NCBI GenBank assembly: GCA_028534125.1 | Contig: CM052817.1 | Coordinates: forward strand, 73,534,001 to 73,598,000 | DNA length: 64,000 nt | From: Lama glama | Taxonomy: Eukaryota | Reading direction: 5' to 3' | Part shown: piece after piece, positions 12,401 to 23,747 of the stretch | Numbering within the stretch: the first letter of the stretch is position 1 | Layout of the letters: each line of letters begins with the position of its first letter | Program-made: the position numbers and the translations under genes | The notes under the pieces: generated by a model | The model's input: the letters and a program-made list of their open reading frames with translations, nothing else | Database searches by the model: none | Told to the model about the DNA's origin: nothing

Positions 12401-15400
12401 TTTTTGATCGAATCATATAAAGATCACTAAAAATAAGCAACAACTTAAGCTATCTATGGAAGAAAATGTTCAATATTCTAATAGTAGTTGTGGTCTAAAT
12501 ATTTCATCTTTTTTTAAATTCAAAAGATCATATTACTTTTATAATAAAGAATATGAAAAATAAGAAATTGCATTCCTAACCCAGAACTAGGCATCAAATT
12601 ACTGTAGGCCTAATGATTGTACAAACCATCTTTCACCCCTATCATAGTTTAAGATTATGCTCAAGGTAAGAATTTTTAACAGTGAAAGGGCCAGAACCTT
12701 AGAGATCACATATTCTAAATTTCCATTTGACATGTAGATGGTACGACTTTGGTAGCAAGGAAGACTGAAACTCTAGTCTTTTCATTTTTAGTCCAAAATC
12801 TTTTAAACTCCAAAATACCTTATTGTAAAAAAACTTTTTTAATGAAAGTGAAGTTATTGTGTACTTGATTACATCAGGAATTACCAGTTTACTGCATGGC
12901 ATACAGCCTGATACAATGAGATTCTCATGAATGTTACTTATTGAAGACAAACATATTATACACAGTAATATGTTGGGCATAGTAAAACATTAAATATATA
13001 ATTAACAATATTTATGTACTAATCTTCGATTAGTAAGATTTGAGAGAGGAGGCAAATGAAAGACCTATCTCTTTATTTAGGAAACTTTATATGGATGTCA
13101 TCTTGTTCCCTAAATTTTTTTTTTTTTGCAGCAAGCACAGGCATTTATTAATTTATTCATTCACTTAATAGGTACTTATCAGTCACCTACTATGTGCCAA
13201 TTGCTGTACATAGTGCAGGAGAGGAAATGGTTAGCAAAGACATATGAAAACCCTAAAAAAGAATTCCTTTTTTTATTCTTCCCTTCAAAGAGAACCACTA
13301 CATTTTATAAATATGCAGCACCCCTAGATAATCATTGTGGATGATCCCTAAGTCATTACCACCTTGGGTCTTGATGAAAAACCTAAAATTGACTGACAGG
13401 AAAAAAGTGGATAAAGACATTGAGTCCTCTGGGTGTTAATTAAATGTAATGGGTAAGAATAGGAAAGTGGACACTGTCTCTACTATGTATTACATAATAT
13501 AGTTCTTTAAAGTGGCCTTTAAAATTTTTCCAAAGTGAATCTGCAGTATTGCTCCTGTCTTAAAGATTTAATACGTACAGCATAAGATCAATTGTGTTTG
13601 AGTTGACTGTACTTGAAAAACATGTAATGATGAATTATTATTAATATATGGAGCCAAGTGCTTGTCCCTATCCTATGATAGTGATTCTCTTTTTGGGAAA
13701 AAGGGGGTTGAAATGCAGAGTGGAATCCTAATTTAACCACTAAAAAAGCAGATATTTCTGGAGAAAAAAGCTTCAGTATTTGAAATGTTATTTTCTTAAT
13801 GAAGCCCTCTCCACTGCCATAAGTAAGAGGATGTTCCTTAGGAATTTAAAAAAAGTTATTTTTGAGTCTCTAATGCTGTTATCGTTTGCCTAGTTGAATT
13901 GATGCAAAGGTGAACTCTTGGGAACTTCTGAAGTCTTGGGAAGTCTTGGGAACCTTGTGAAGATATTATGGGGTGCACGTGCATATAGAGAGGTAGATAG
14001 ATAATAGTTTGTTCTACTTGAGATAGTCTGTGTCTGCAGTCTAATTGCCTTTTATGACCAGAATTCTTACCTCAAATGTATTGATGTGCAGAAATATATA
14101 TGCAAGTTTTCATGTTTGTAAACAGTACTGCTATTACTGAAAGTGCTGGCAGTGAGATTAAAGAATGAAGGTAAAAGAAATACTGACTAATAGACTTTAG
14201 AAAGATTGGGAGAGGAATTGTCAAATCCATCTGCCAATACTCTCTGGGTGCATGAGGAATACATTATATCAGCCCAATTTGAGAGACCTCTTCTTTGAAA
14301 TCTGCCTCCAAACTGTCAACAATTACAAATGTTCCTGGAGTCTGGAGGCCAAGGCTTAGACTGAGTTAATGTTAAGCAGCTGAAATAGCTTGCAACTGAA
14401 AAACAAAATGCATAATGGAAGCTCTGATGAGTCTTTCATTGTGTTGGTCTCCTGTGGCGGTACTGGCAATAATAATTTATTTAAAATAACCTAGGTGGAG
14501 ATGGATGTCTTTGTATATCTAAGTCAAACAACTCAGATGAATAATATCATCTGAGAGAAAGACTTTTGAGAAAAGCATACTGTGGTAATATGAAGCTCAT
14601 CTGTGTCAGTAGTATAGGGAGGTGCCACAAGGCGGGAGGACCTACATATATGGTCAGAGAGCCTCCTTCTGGGCAAGGTTGTCTAAATGGGGTGACCATG
14701 AACATAGAGAAATGTATGTAGAGTAGATTCTAAACCAGAGAGGAACAGTGTGAATGTTGGATGTATTTTTAAAAAATATTATTGTTATCTTTTGGTATCT
14801 CATTTTCAAAACCACTCAAAATGACTGAAAATAGATGAGTTGAGGATTACATCAGACACATAAGAAGTTTCTATTTTCTAACATAGTTTTTGTGGCTCCC
14901 CAGTATAATCACTGTTTGTTTTTTCCTGTCTTTTGTTTGTTTTTTTAAGAACCAGAACCCAAAGCATCTTTTATTTTAGAAGAATTTGTTATTCCTAAAC
15001 TTTGGTGCAATCATAATGTCTTAAATTAGATTGTATTTAGCTCAAGACCAGAATTAAATCAACTTTAAATAAACAAACACTAATATCTTGATAAATTTAC
15101 TCTTTAAAAAATAAATTAGCAATAATTCTTCACATTAAAATTGAACTCTACCAATGGTTACCTTAACTGCAGCATTTTAATTCTATTAAGAGTAATTAAT
15201 TTTATATATTGGCTTGCCAAGTTTCCTCCCAGGCTCTTCCCCTTTCAACTTTCCCAGCATCCCTATGAGGATATCAGTGTAGGTATCATTATTCCAATTT
15301 TATAGATAAAACCAAGGTTCAGAAAAGTTCATTTTTTTCCTTAAGGCATAACTTCCAGGTTATTCTCAGTTTGCCACAATTGCCTTTTCATGAGATGCCT

Positions 15401-16280
15401 TCATAAATTATCAGATTTGTAAGGTATTTGCAGTACTCAATTTTCATATCAATCTGTATAGCACTGTTATTTTTTTTAAAAGGTATACTGTGAACTCTTT
15501 AGCTTCTGTAAATTATTTAAGTAACTGCTATTATAATGGTGGGCTTAATAGAGACAAACAGACTACAGATAAAATTCCATTGCAAAAATGTCACTAGAGA
15601 GAAGAGTTCTGTACCAACAGCCATTTCCTTATCTGGGCAGACAGCCCATGGAGTGTCTGATCTAGCTGCAATGAATTCTGTGTGAAGAAAAACCAGTGCT
15701 TTCCCTGGATTCTAAAAGTCAGTGCAACAAAAGCTACAGTGCTTTTGTGTGCTATTTTCAGCGTCAGTAGGAAAAGAACTGAATTAAGGTATAGTTTTGG
15801 AGTATATAGCAGTAATAGTTACTTGTTTCCATCTCAAAAAAATTTACTGAACAGAACCCAGAACCTGTCTTTACTTCAAAATTACCAAAACAAAGCTATG
15901 GACAAAAGAATTCTGAACATAGGTTATAGAAAGGAGATGTAGGTGTTTAATCAGTCCCTCATTTCTTTAATGGTGTCTAAATACTTTAAAGTGCCTTAGA
16001 GCCTGGGCCTTGGCTTACCTCTGGGTACTATAGGTAGAGAGTAAATACCATTTGCTTTTCTGCAGACTATGACTCCTGTAACCAGAATGAAAGCATGCTG
16101 AATTTCCCTTCATGTTTAAGACTGTTAAACCATATGTCAATGGTCAACTTTTTGTTAGCAGTGTTCTCTCCTTTTTAAATTAATGTAAGGTAATGTGTTA
16201 ATGATCTTCAGATAAAAAATTGCCAGCATGGTTAGAAATGACCAGAGCAATTTAAAGAGCTTTCAGTAAGTCAGATAATG

Positions 16281-16451
16281 CAGTGGTTCTCAACTCTGTC
16301 TGACCATTATGATGACTTGAGGGCCTTTAAAATGTACTCATACCTTCTCCACAGATTCTAATTTAATTTGTCTGGGATGGGGCCTGGGCCTAGGAATTTT
16401 TGTGACTCTTCCAAAGTACCTCCAATGTGCAGTCAGAGTTAAGAACCACTG
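16281..16451. mobile_element. MER5A-like hAT MITE, followed by a second MER5-like copy to ~16602
   Basis: TIRs cagtggttctcaa...ttaagaaccactg and internal agattctaatttaatttgtctggg. Confidence 0.8.
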
Positions 16452-19400
16452 ATCTAGTCTGTAGTCCTCAAACTTTGGTTCCCTGTAGATAAAGGGAACT
16501 AATTAAGGAAACATGTCTAAGCCCTACCCCAATGTAATGAATCAGAATCGGTGGGGAGAGGACTGCCAGCATCTGGATTCGTAAAAGCCTTTGAGAATCA
16601 CTGATTTATGGCAAGAGTAGAATGACATGACTTCACTAAACCTTAATTAGACTTAAATTTTAGTCTGGAGTCACTCTGTGATAGAAAAGGAAATTATTTA
16701 CTCTGGGAATCTACTGTAGGTTGCTGCGAATCATTTATGTGCTAAATGATTCTCTTTAAACTCTAGCCTTTTTTCAACCACTGGATGAATATTTCCTGAT
16801 TATTTACTTTGTTTTCCATCATTTAACTTTTTTTTTATACTGCTTAATAGTCAGTTACCTAGGAGAAATATTTAAATAGATAGTGATGTGTTCTGACTCT
16901 GTTGTCCTGGTGATGAGATTGACCTTTCTAAGTGATCTTAAGCTGTATCCTTCTCTGAAAGCAATATGAAAATGTATTTTGACTTAATTTTCTCTTTCAA
17001 GACCGTGTGTTTCCAAGTATATGTTGGTTTTATTGGTTAATTCTCTTAATTTTTAATGGTCTCGACAATACTGAAGCCATTTCCACCTTTATGCTGTATG
17101 AGGCAAAATTATTCTTTTCTGGGAAATAGATTTCATGCATCTATTATTGCCTTTTAACCTCTAATAGTCAAAATATCACAGCACCAAAGGTAATTACATC
17201 TTGGGTTGAGTGGGTTTTGGTCATCCTTGAAACTACAGAAATAATTTATTAGTTCAAAATTTTGGTAACTAAAAATAATCCCTGGGCCACAGTAAGAGAG
17301 TAGCACTTGGCTTTACAGTGGATGTTCAGAGAACAGAGTTGAATTTCTTTCCCAATTTAATCACTCTTTCTCTCCACAATATTTTTCAGTCTCAGTGGGT
17401 GTCTCTATAAAATGTAAGTAATAAAATATTTGTTAACTTCTTACAGATTTTCTTCAGGGGAAAACATACCTTAAAAATCCAGCATAGAATGTGGAAGCTG
17501 AACTGTGTCCCTACAGAATGTGATATTTACAAGAACCAAACAGTTATATTTCAAAACATCTAACATTACTTTAATACAAAGTGAAAACAAAGACAATATC
17601 CACATACTAGCACAATTTCATGTTTTGTGACCCTTTGCTGTCTTTGTCACCTTTATTTATAGTAGCTAGCTACTTACATCTATTAATGTTGATGTCTTAT
17701 AATCACTTCATAATTGTATACAATCTTTCTATACATCATGCTAATAGCTGCATTATATTATTATTCAGCTATATCCCTGGTGTGGATTCTTATATTATTT
17801 ACAATAAGGCATGACATTCAACTTTTACTATCCTTTTGTCCAAATGATATCTTGAATCACATTTGTTAGAATACTCCTGTTATAGCAAACAATGGAATGC
17901 TATTTTTTATAATAAGTTACTACCTGATTTTACAAAACCATTCAAATTCATAAAAAGAGTTTTAATAATACTTTTGGATTAAAAAAGTCCTCAAATTCAA
18001 TATGTTTAGATAGGATTATACTGTCACATTGTATAAAACTTAAAACAATTGAAATCTTATAAACATCTTTAATTATAGTAATTTAATTATTTGTATCAAC
18101 TAACTTTAAAAATACTTTAGAAAGAAACTATGATGGTATATTTCCATTGCCTCATGAATACTTATGCTGTGAAATCAAATTATATCCTAAATTTTTGATT
18201 AAATTTATGATATCTTTTGCTTCTTCCTAAAACACTATATGATTCATTAAAAAATTAAAATATACTAAAATAATTTGTTTATGCAATTTGAGTATAACTC
18301 TTTTCAAATGTATTTTTTATTATAAAAATTTATTGGTAGATAATTTAGAAAATTATTCCCATTAGTCACATTAGTCATATAAATTAGTGTTAATGTTTTA
18401 TTTTTTCTAGTCCTTTTAAAATGTATGTATATATATACATATACACATACACACATATCCTTTTAAAACTAAATTTGTAATCATGTTGAACATTAACCTT
18501 TCAACTTAATTGTATAATGAGAATTTCTTCATGTTTGTAAATAGTCTCAGAAATTGCTCTTACCAGTGTTGCTTTTTTTTTTTCACTATTTCAAGTAATG
18601 CTACAGTGAATGTTTTTGTACATAGAGTTGATTTCTAGAGAATTAAAGATGTCCCATATGTGAGTATCACTGAAAACCACAGCCATACATAAGATGGTAG
18701 ATATAGAAAACAGCATACTCTACACAAGGCTTTTAAAAATCTATTATATAAAACTGTTCTATATATGACTAAAAAATCTTGATCTGTTATGTTTGGTTGA
18801 CAATGCATAAAGTGTTGTAAAACCTTATTAAAGAAAAGTGTTACTCCTCTGACCCTTTCCTCCTGGAATGGCAAAATCTCATTTTCAGCCTGAACAAGCA
18901 CTGTCAATAAATGTAAGAAAGCTGGATGAGAGCCTTGGGGTCAGCATGTCAGGGCAAATTGCTGGTTCTGTGGCATAGCAGTTGTTTGGGGATGTTCTTA
19001 AGACACATTAAGCAGTTCTGTGTGGTAGGAGAAAATATATTCTCTACAGTTATTTGGAAATTTTCTCAGAAATATTCTACAGATGAGTTAGAAATGAAGT
19101 AAGTACTTATTAATTTAAAATGCTGAAGTGTTATGGTATTGTACTGAGTTCCAAACAAAGAAATATAAGTGTAATGTAATCTCCACCTTCCAGGGAGGTG
19201 CACCTGGCAAGTTTGTGTGCGTGGCCTGCTCTCCCTGGTCAGGTACAAGGGCTGAAAACCAAGAGTCAAGATTAGACTAATCCAGATCTTTTTCTTTTTT
19301 CCTTTTTAACAAGTGAATAAAGTGATGCTTAAAGAAGGTAAACAATTCCCCAAGACATATAATTCCAGGCCAGAGTGGAAACCTGTATTTGTGGGCTCCA

Positions 19401-20609
19401 GTTTGATCACATTTTCTCTCACCATCATTTAATACAGAGGTTCAGAAGTCTCTTTCCTTCATTTTACAATCAAAATAGTAGTTTAGATAATGAAAGTTGC
19501 CCAATGTTGAATGGCTTTTGCCTTTTTTTATCTGTGAAAATGGCTGCTGAAATGATGTATACATTGCCAACGGTGTAAAAAAACAAAAATGATCAGAGAT
19601 GAAACCAAAGTTGTAGTAAGTCAGAAGTGTTAATGATTTCATATTACTCTTTTTTTTAAAGAGTCAAGCCAGTACATTTTTTATGTTATATTGATTTTTA
19701 TTTTAGTTAGATCCTTCATTTCTAGCTTGTTAATCACACTCAGACAGATCTTAAAAGCAGTCTTTGGTGTGGGTGGCAGAAGCAGAGAGATAGCAGCTTG
19801 CTTATTTTAATATTTAATCATTTCTCCTCTCAGTTTGAGGTGAACAGATAGAGGCTTGTGGGTATGTCAAGGAAGATTATGGAATCCATTGTCTCTCATA
19901 AAGGGAAATCTAGCTGATCCATTTTGTCTACCATACAGACATCTTTCCCTAGTAGTCGATGGTAGATTACTTATGCTTGGAGGCAAAAATATGATTCCTA
20001 TAGTGATTTTATTTTCTCTTTGGCTTTTCTTTTTAATTCCAGAGAGACTTATTTAGTCACAGAATATGTAAATTGTGAAGGCCTTGAACTTTCTTTCAAT
20101 TGATTATTCATGTGAAGGACTTTCCTATGAATCATTAATTATTATTTAACATGAATTATTAGTGGGTTAGTGCAGATCTTGGACTTAGATCTGTATTACT
20201 GCACAAGGTTCAAAAAGGCAATAGTGCTATTGATTAATGGTCAGATGCATTGATCCTCTTAGCCACAGATTTTATTTTCAGGTGTTAGAGCATTTTGACT
20301 GGGATGTCTGTCACTTCACCATCAACAGGGCTCATCAGACTGACTGGATAGTGCTTTCCCTCCCTGAACTCTCCTATACCATGCCCTTGGCTGATGAGGA
20401 GAGCCATCCCGGAATAAAGAGTGAGTCTTTGGTTGAGCAATTGCTCATGCAACCCTAGGCCAGATTTTTTTCTTCTACTTGTCTCTAGTACATTTATCTG
20501 GCCACCGAAATGAAGAACAGAAGGATAAGGATACAGAATTTCTGCAAAGACAGATTCCCTGTAGAAGCATCATTTTCTGTTTTTCCTCTTTTCCCACATT
20601 GTGACTGCC

Positions 20610-20624
20610 GTTGCCCATAGCAAC
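20610..20624. promoter_or_regulatory. RFX X-box motif
   Basis: GTTGCCCATAGCAAC fits the X-box consensus GTTRCC(N)ATRGCAAC. Confidence 0.5.
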
Positions 20625-21568
20625 TGCCGTTATAACATTCACAGCAATTTTTACTATGATGGGAAGGAATCCCAAATGAGAAATTATATGCTTTTTCCAT
20701 ATAGAACACAATCCTTTATTACTTAATTAGCTTAGTATAGGGTTAAAACATTACACAATCTGTTCCAGAGAGCTCAATATTTTTACTTACCCTTTAGTTG
20801 CTCATTTCCTTACTGATTGTTTACCTTTCCTGATTGTTTACACCATTTAAAGCTGCTCCTGGATTTCTGGAGAAACAGGCTCTTTTTGTGTCTTGGCCTC
20901 AGATCCACCCCCTCAGAAAGGCTCTCTTCCATAATAATTATAGTTTAGAGTTATTTAGTTAGCACTGTATAGTCCAGGAACTGTAGTGGAGGCTCTGCAT
21001 ACATTGTCTGATCTTCACCTTATTCTTACAAGGTAGGTGTGAACATCCATATTCCACAAATGGGAAAACCAGGCTCTGGGAGGCATTTAACCAAGGCTAC
21101 ATAGTTAATAAGTGGTGGTATCTAAATCTTTCAGACTTCAGGCACTGGAGCTCTTTTCTTGAACCCACAGTGATTTTGTTGGTGAGAACTACTTGTAGCT
21201 CTGCTTAGTTTTCAGGCCTTAGAAATGCCCTGAATACTCTTTGCCCTGGACATGCAGCATCTCATTTCTCCTGGGGAAGAGTCTACCATTTCCTGAAATA
21301 TCTACGGTATAGGGAGCCGATTCTCATCATTTCCCTCTTTGCTTCCAAATCTCTCTCTTCAATTCTTATCCTTTCATCCTTCTTTTCTGACTTCTCATAT
21401 CATTGGCCTTGCCGAGGACTTAAGTGTTGAATACTTTATGCTGTTTCCAAAAGAAGTTTAGATTCTGCAAGGGCAAAGCTTAAGGAAAATGAAGGGTAGA
21501 GAGGAAAAGAATAGAAGAGTGAACTTGAGGCTGATGTTCTGAAGAGTCAGAATATGGACTGAATGGTG

Positions 21569-21587
21569 TGGAGGCCCGAACAGGGAC
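21569..21587 (+). promoter_or_regulatory. Partial tRNA-Lys3(UUU) primer binding site
   Basis: TGGAGGCCCGAACAGGGAC versus canonical TGGCGCCCGAACAGGGAC, with the 3' 14 nt identical. Followed by a consensus splice donor GG|GTAAGT at 21595. Confidence 0.85.
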
Positions 21588-21662
21588 CTGAAGGGTAAGT
21601 ATTCTCCCTGCGGAGTAGATAGGCTGTCACCTAGGGTGCTGCAGACCCCTCTGCATAAGATA
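21574..21662 (+). repeat. Left arm of perfect 89-bp inverted repeat (PBS + 5' leader)
   Basis: Base-by-base identical to the reverse complement of 23748-23836. Confidence 0.97.
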
Positions 21663-21757
21663 GGTAGGGTAAGTGACGGGTGACTAATCCTTCAAGAACT
21701 TTTGAGAAGATTTTTAAGGCCCTCTAGTATAAGGCTAGAGAGATTTAAGAAATAAGC

Positions 21758-23332
21758 ATGGGTCATACTGCATCAAAAGAAAGGAAGCTTTTTACAGAAA
21801 TAGTGGGACATATGCTCTCAAAAAGAGGTATCAAAGTGACCCATGGACAGTTGAATCGCTTTTTTCATTATGTGCAAGAGCAATGTCCTTGGTTCCCGGA
21901 AGAGGGGACTGTTAATGCTGAAACCTGGCAAAAGGTAGGGCAACAATTAAAAACGCATTATACTTTGCAAGGCCCAGAGAAAGTTCCAGTAGATGCTTTT
22001 TCATTATGGAATTTAATTAGAGATGCTCTGGACCCCTCTCAGGAGGTATTTAAATATCCCTCTCCTGTGAATTCAACAGAAAAAACCTTTTTACTTTCTC
22101 CCAAGCCTTCAAATGTTATGGCTGCTGAGAAAGGGCCTCCTCCATTCGATGATGAGCTATCTCCTCAGGATGAGGAGGATCTTGAGGAGGCTGCAGCCCG
22201 ATATCATCAAGATGATGATGACTGGGAATTTTTGGCAAAAAATGGAGATGATAGGGTTAAAGAATTGAAGGTAAAAGAAAAGAAAACTCCATCTGCACCA
22301 GTTCCTTCTATATATACGGATTTAAATCCCTTTAGAGGGAATTCTGGAGCCTTGCAACCCAAGAAAATATCTTTAAGAGCTAGTCATCCTCCTCCTCCAG
22401 GATATTCAGAGGTGAATAGGGGAGGTTCTTTGTTTGGGGCAGCAGTTAGAGCTGCTCAAGCAGATGGAGATTTAACCTTTAGAGAATGCTATCCTGTGGT
22501 GTTTTCAGGAGAATTTGGAGATGACGAAGTGTCCTGGGAGCCTTTGTCTTATAAACTTCTTAAGGAGCTTAAGACTGCCTGCCGTGACTATGGTCCTTTG
22601 GCACCTTACACTACAACTATTTTGGATTCTTTAACTAGTCGGTGGCTAACTCCCTATGATTGGGTTCAAATAACTAAGGCATGTCTGACTGGAGGGCAAT
22701 ATTTGCTATGGAGGACAGAGTTTGAGGATCTAGTCAAGCAGCAGGTAGCTATAAATAAGAAGAGTAGAAGACACTATGATATCACAATGGATATGTTACT
22801 AGGGGAAGGATATTATGACACAGCTCAGAGCCAGATGACCTTACCTAAGGATGCATTGCTACAAACTACTATATGTGCAGTTAATGCCTGGAAGAAATTA
22901 CCTATTACCCCAGGAAAAGCTGCTACATTAATAGAAATTAAGCAGAAGTCTGAGGAACCTTATGAAGACTTTGTTTCTAGATTGATTCAGGCAGTTCGCA
23001 GAGTAATTGCCAATGAAGAAGCTGCAGAATTACTAATAAAGCAATTGGCTTTTGAAAATGCAAATGCAACTTGTCAGGCTTTGATTAGACCTATAAGGAA
23101 GCCAGGTACAGTCACAGATTATGTGAAACAATGTGCTGATGTAGGTCCTGCCTTTGTGCAAGGAGCTACAATAGCTGCAGTTCAAGCTTGTGTTCAATCA
23201 CCTAATGCCTTGCTTTTAAGTCAAGATATGTATGAAAGTAATCTTAAATTGTTCACAAAAATTCTGAAAAGCTTTAGATGTGTAGGCAGGGGCATTATCT
23301 GTCTTTATTTGTTTAGGCATTCCCAAATATGA
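21758..23332 (+). CDS. gag: Betaretroviral Gag (MA, late domains, CA) truncated before NC, with a chimeric C-terminal tail, 524 aa
   Basis: Myristoylation-type start MGHTAS. MA motifs CPWFPEEGTVN..TW.KVG and HYTLQGPEKVPV (JSRV-like). PSAP (22289-22300), PPGY = PPxY (22394-22405), MHR IKQKSEEPYEDFVSRL (~22937-22984), CA end CADVGP. No CCHC zinc knuckles. Gag homology ends at ~23179. Confidence 0.95.
   Translation: MGHTASKERKLFTEIVGHMLSKRGIKVTHGQLNRFFHYVQEQCPWFPEEGTVNAETWQKVGQQLKTHYTLQGPEKVPVDAFSLWNLIRDALDPSQEVFKYPSPVNSTEKTFLLSPKPSNVMAAEKGPPPFDDELSPQDEEDLEEAAARYHQDDDDWEFLAKNGDDRVKELKVKEKKTPSAPVPSIYTDLNPFRGNSGALQPKKISLRASHPPPPGYSEVNRGGSLFGAAVRAAQADGDLTFRECYPVVFSGEFGDDEVSWEPLSYKLLKELKTACRDYGPLAPYTTTILDSLTSRWLTPYDWVQITKACLTGGQYLLWRTEFEDLVKQQVAINKKSRRHYDITMDMLLGEGYYDTAQSQMTLPKDALLQTTICAVNAWKKLPITPGKAATLIEIKQKSEEPYEDFVSRLIQAVRRVIANEEAAELLIKQLAFENANATCQALIRPIRKPGTVTDYVKQCADVGPAFVQGATIAAVQACVQSPNALLLSQDMYESNLKLFTKILKSFRCVGRGIICLYLFRHSQI
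23180..23236 (+). other. Env SU-like 19-codon patch in frame with gag
   Basis: VQACVQSPNALLLSQDMYE resembles the recalled betaretroviral SU motif (ACVxxPYxxLxG type) and fits neither the gag continuation nor integrase. Confidence 0.45.
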
Positions 23333-23747
23333 GAAGGCTAGGAAAATATGTTGCACTACATCTTTGTAGGCTTCACCAGTTCTAGCTGATGCAATTATTA
23401 CATGAGAAAATGTATCTACTATAACATGAACATAAGACAGTTTCCCAAAAGAATTAACATGAGTAACATCCATTTGCCAAATATCATTAGGCATCAGACC
23501 TCGAGGATTAACTCCCATAGAGAGAGTTTGAACAGGAGTAGGACAGTGTATACATTCCCTCACAATCTGCCTAGCTGTTTCTCGAGGAATATGAAATTGA
23601 TACTTTAAAGAATTAGCATTCTGATGATGTAATTTATGTGATTCTTTTGCTAAAATAACTTTATCTGCAAAGAAAATCATCTGTTTAGTAAGCTGATCTG
23701 CTCTATTATTTCCCTCACTTAAAGGACCAGGCAAATCAGAATGAGCT
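23237..23747 (-). pseudogene. pol: pol fragment: end of RNase H plus integrase zinc finger and most of the catalytic core, open but truncated at both ends
   Basis: AHSDLPGPLSEGNNRADQLT, HHCC motif (HKLHH...CIHC), WQMDVTH and TDNAPAY aspartates. Homology stops at FKIT, before the catalytic glutamate. Confidence 0.93.

Noticed and set aside
23216..23734. 172-aa minus ORF as a functional integrase gene
   Set aside because: It starts at a TTG inside RNase H and ends before the catalytic glutamate and C-terminal domain, so it is a fragment.
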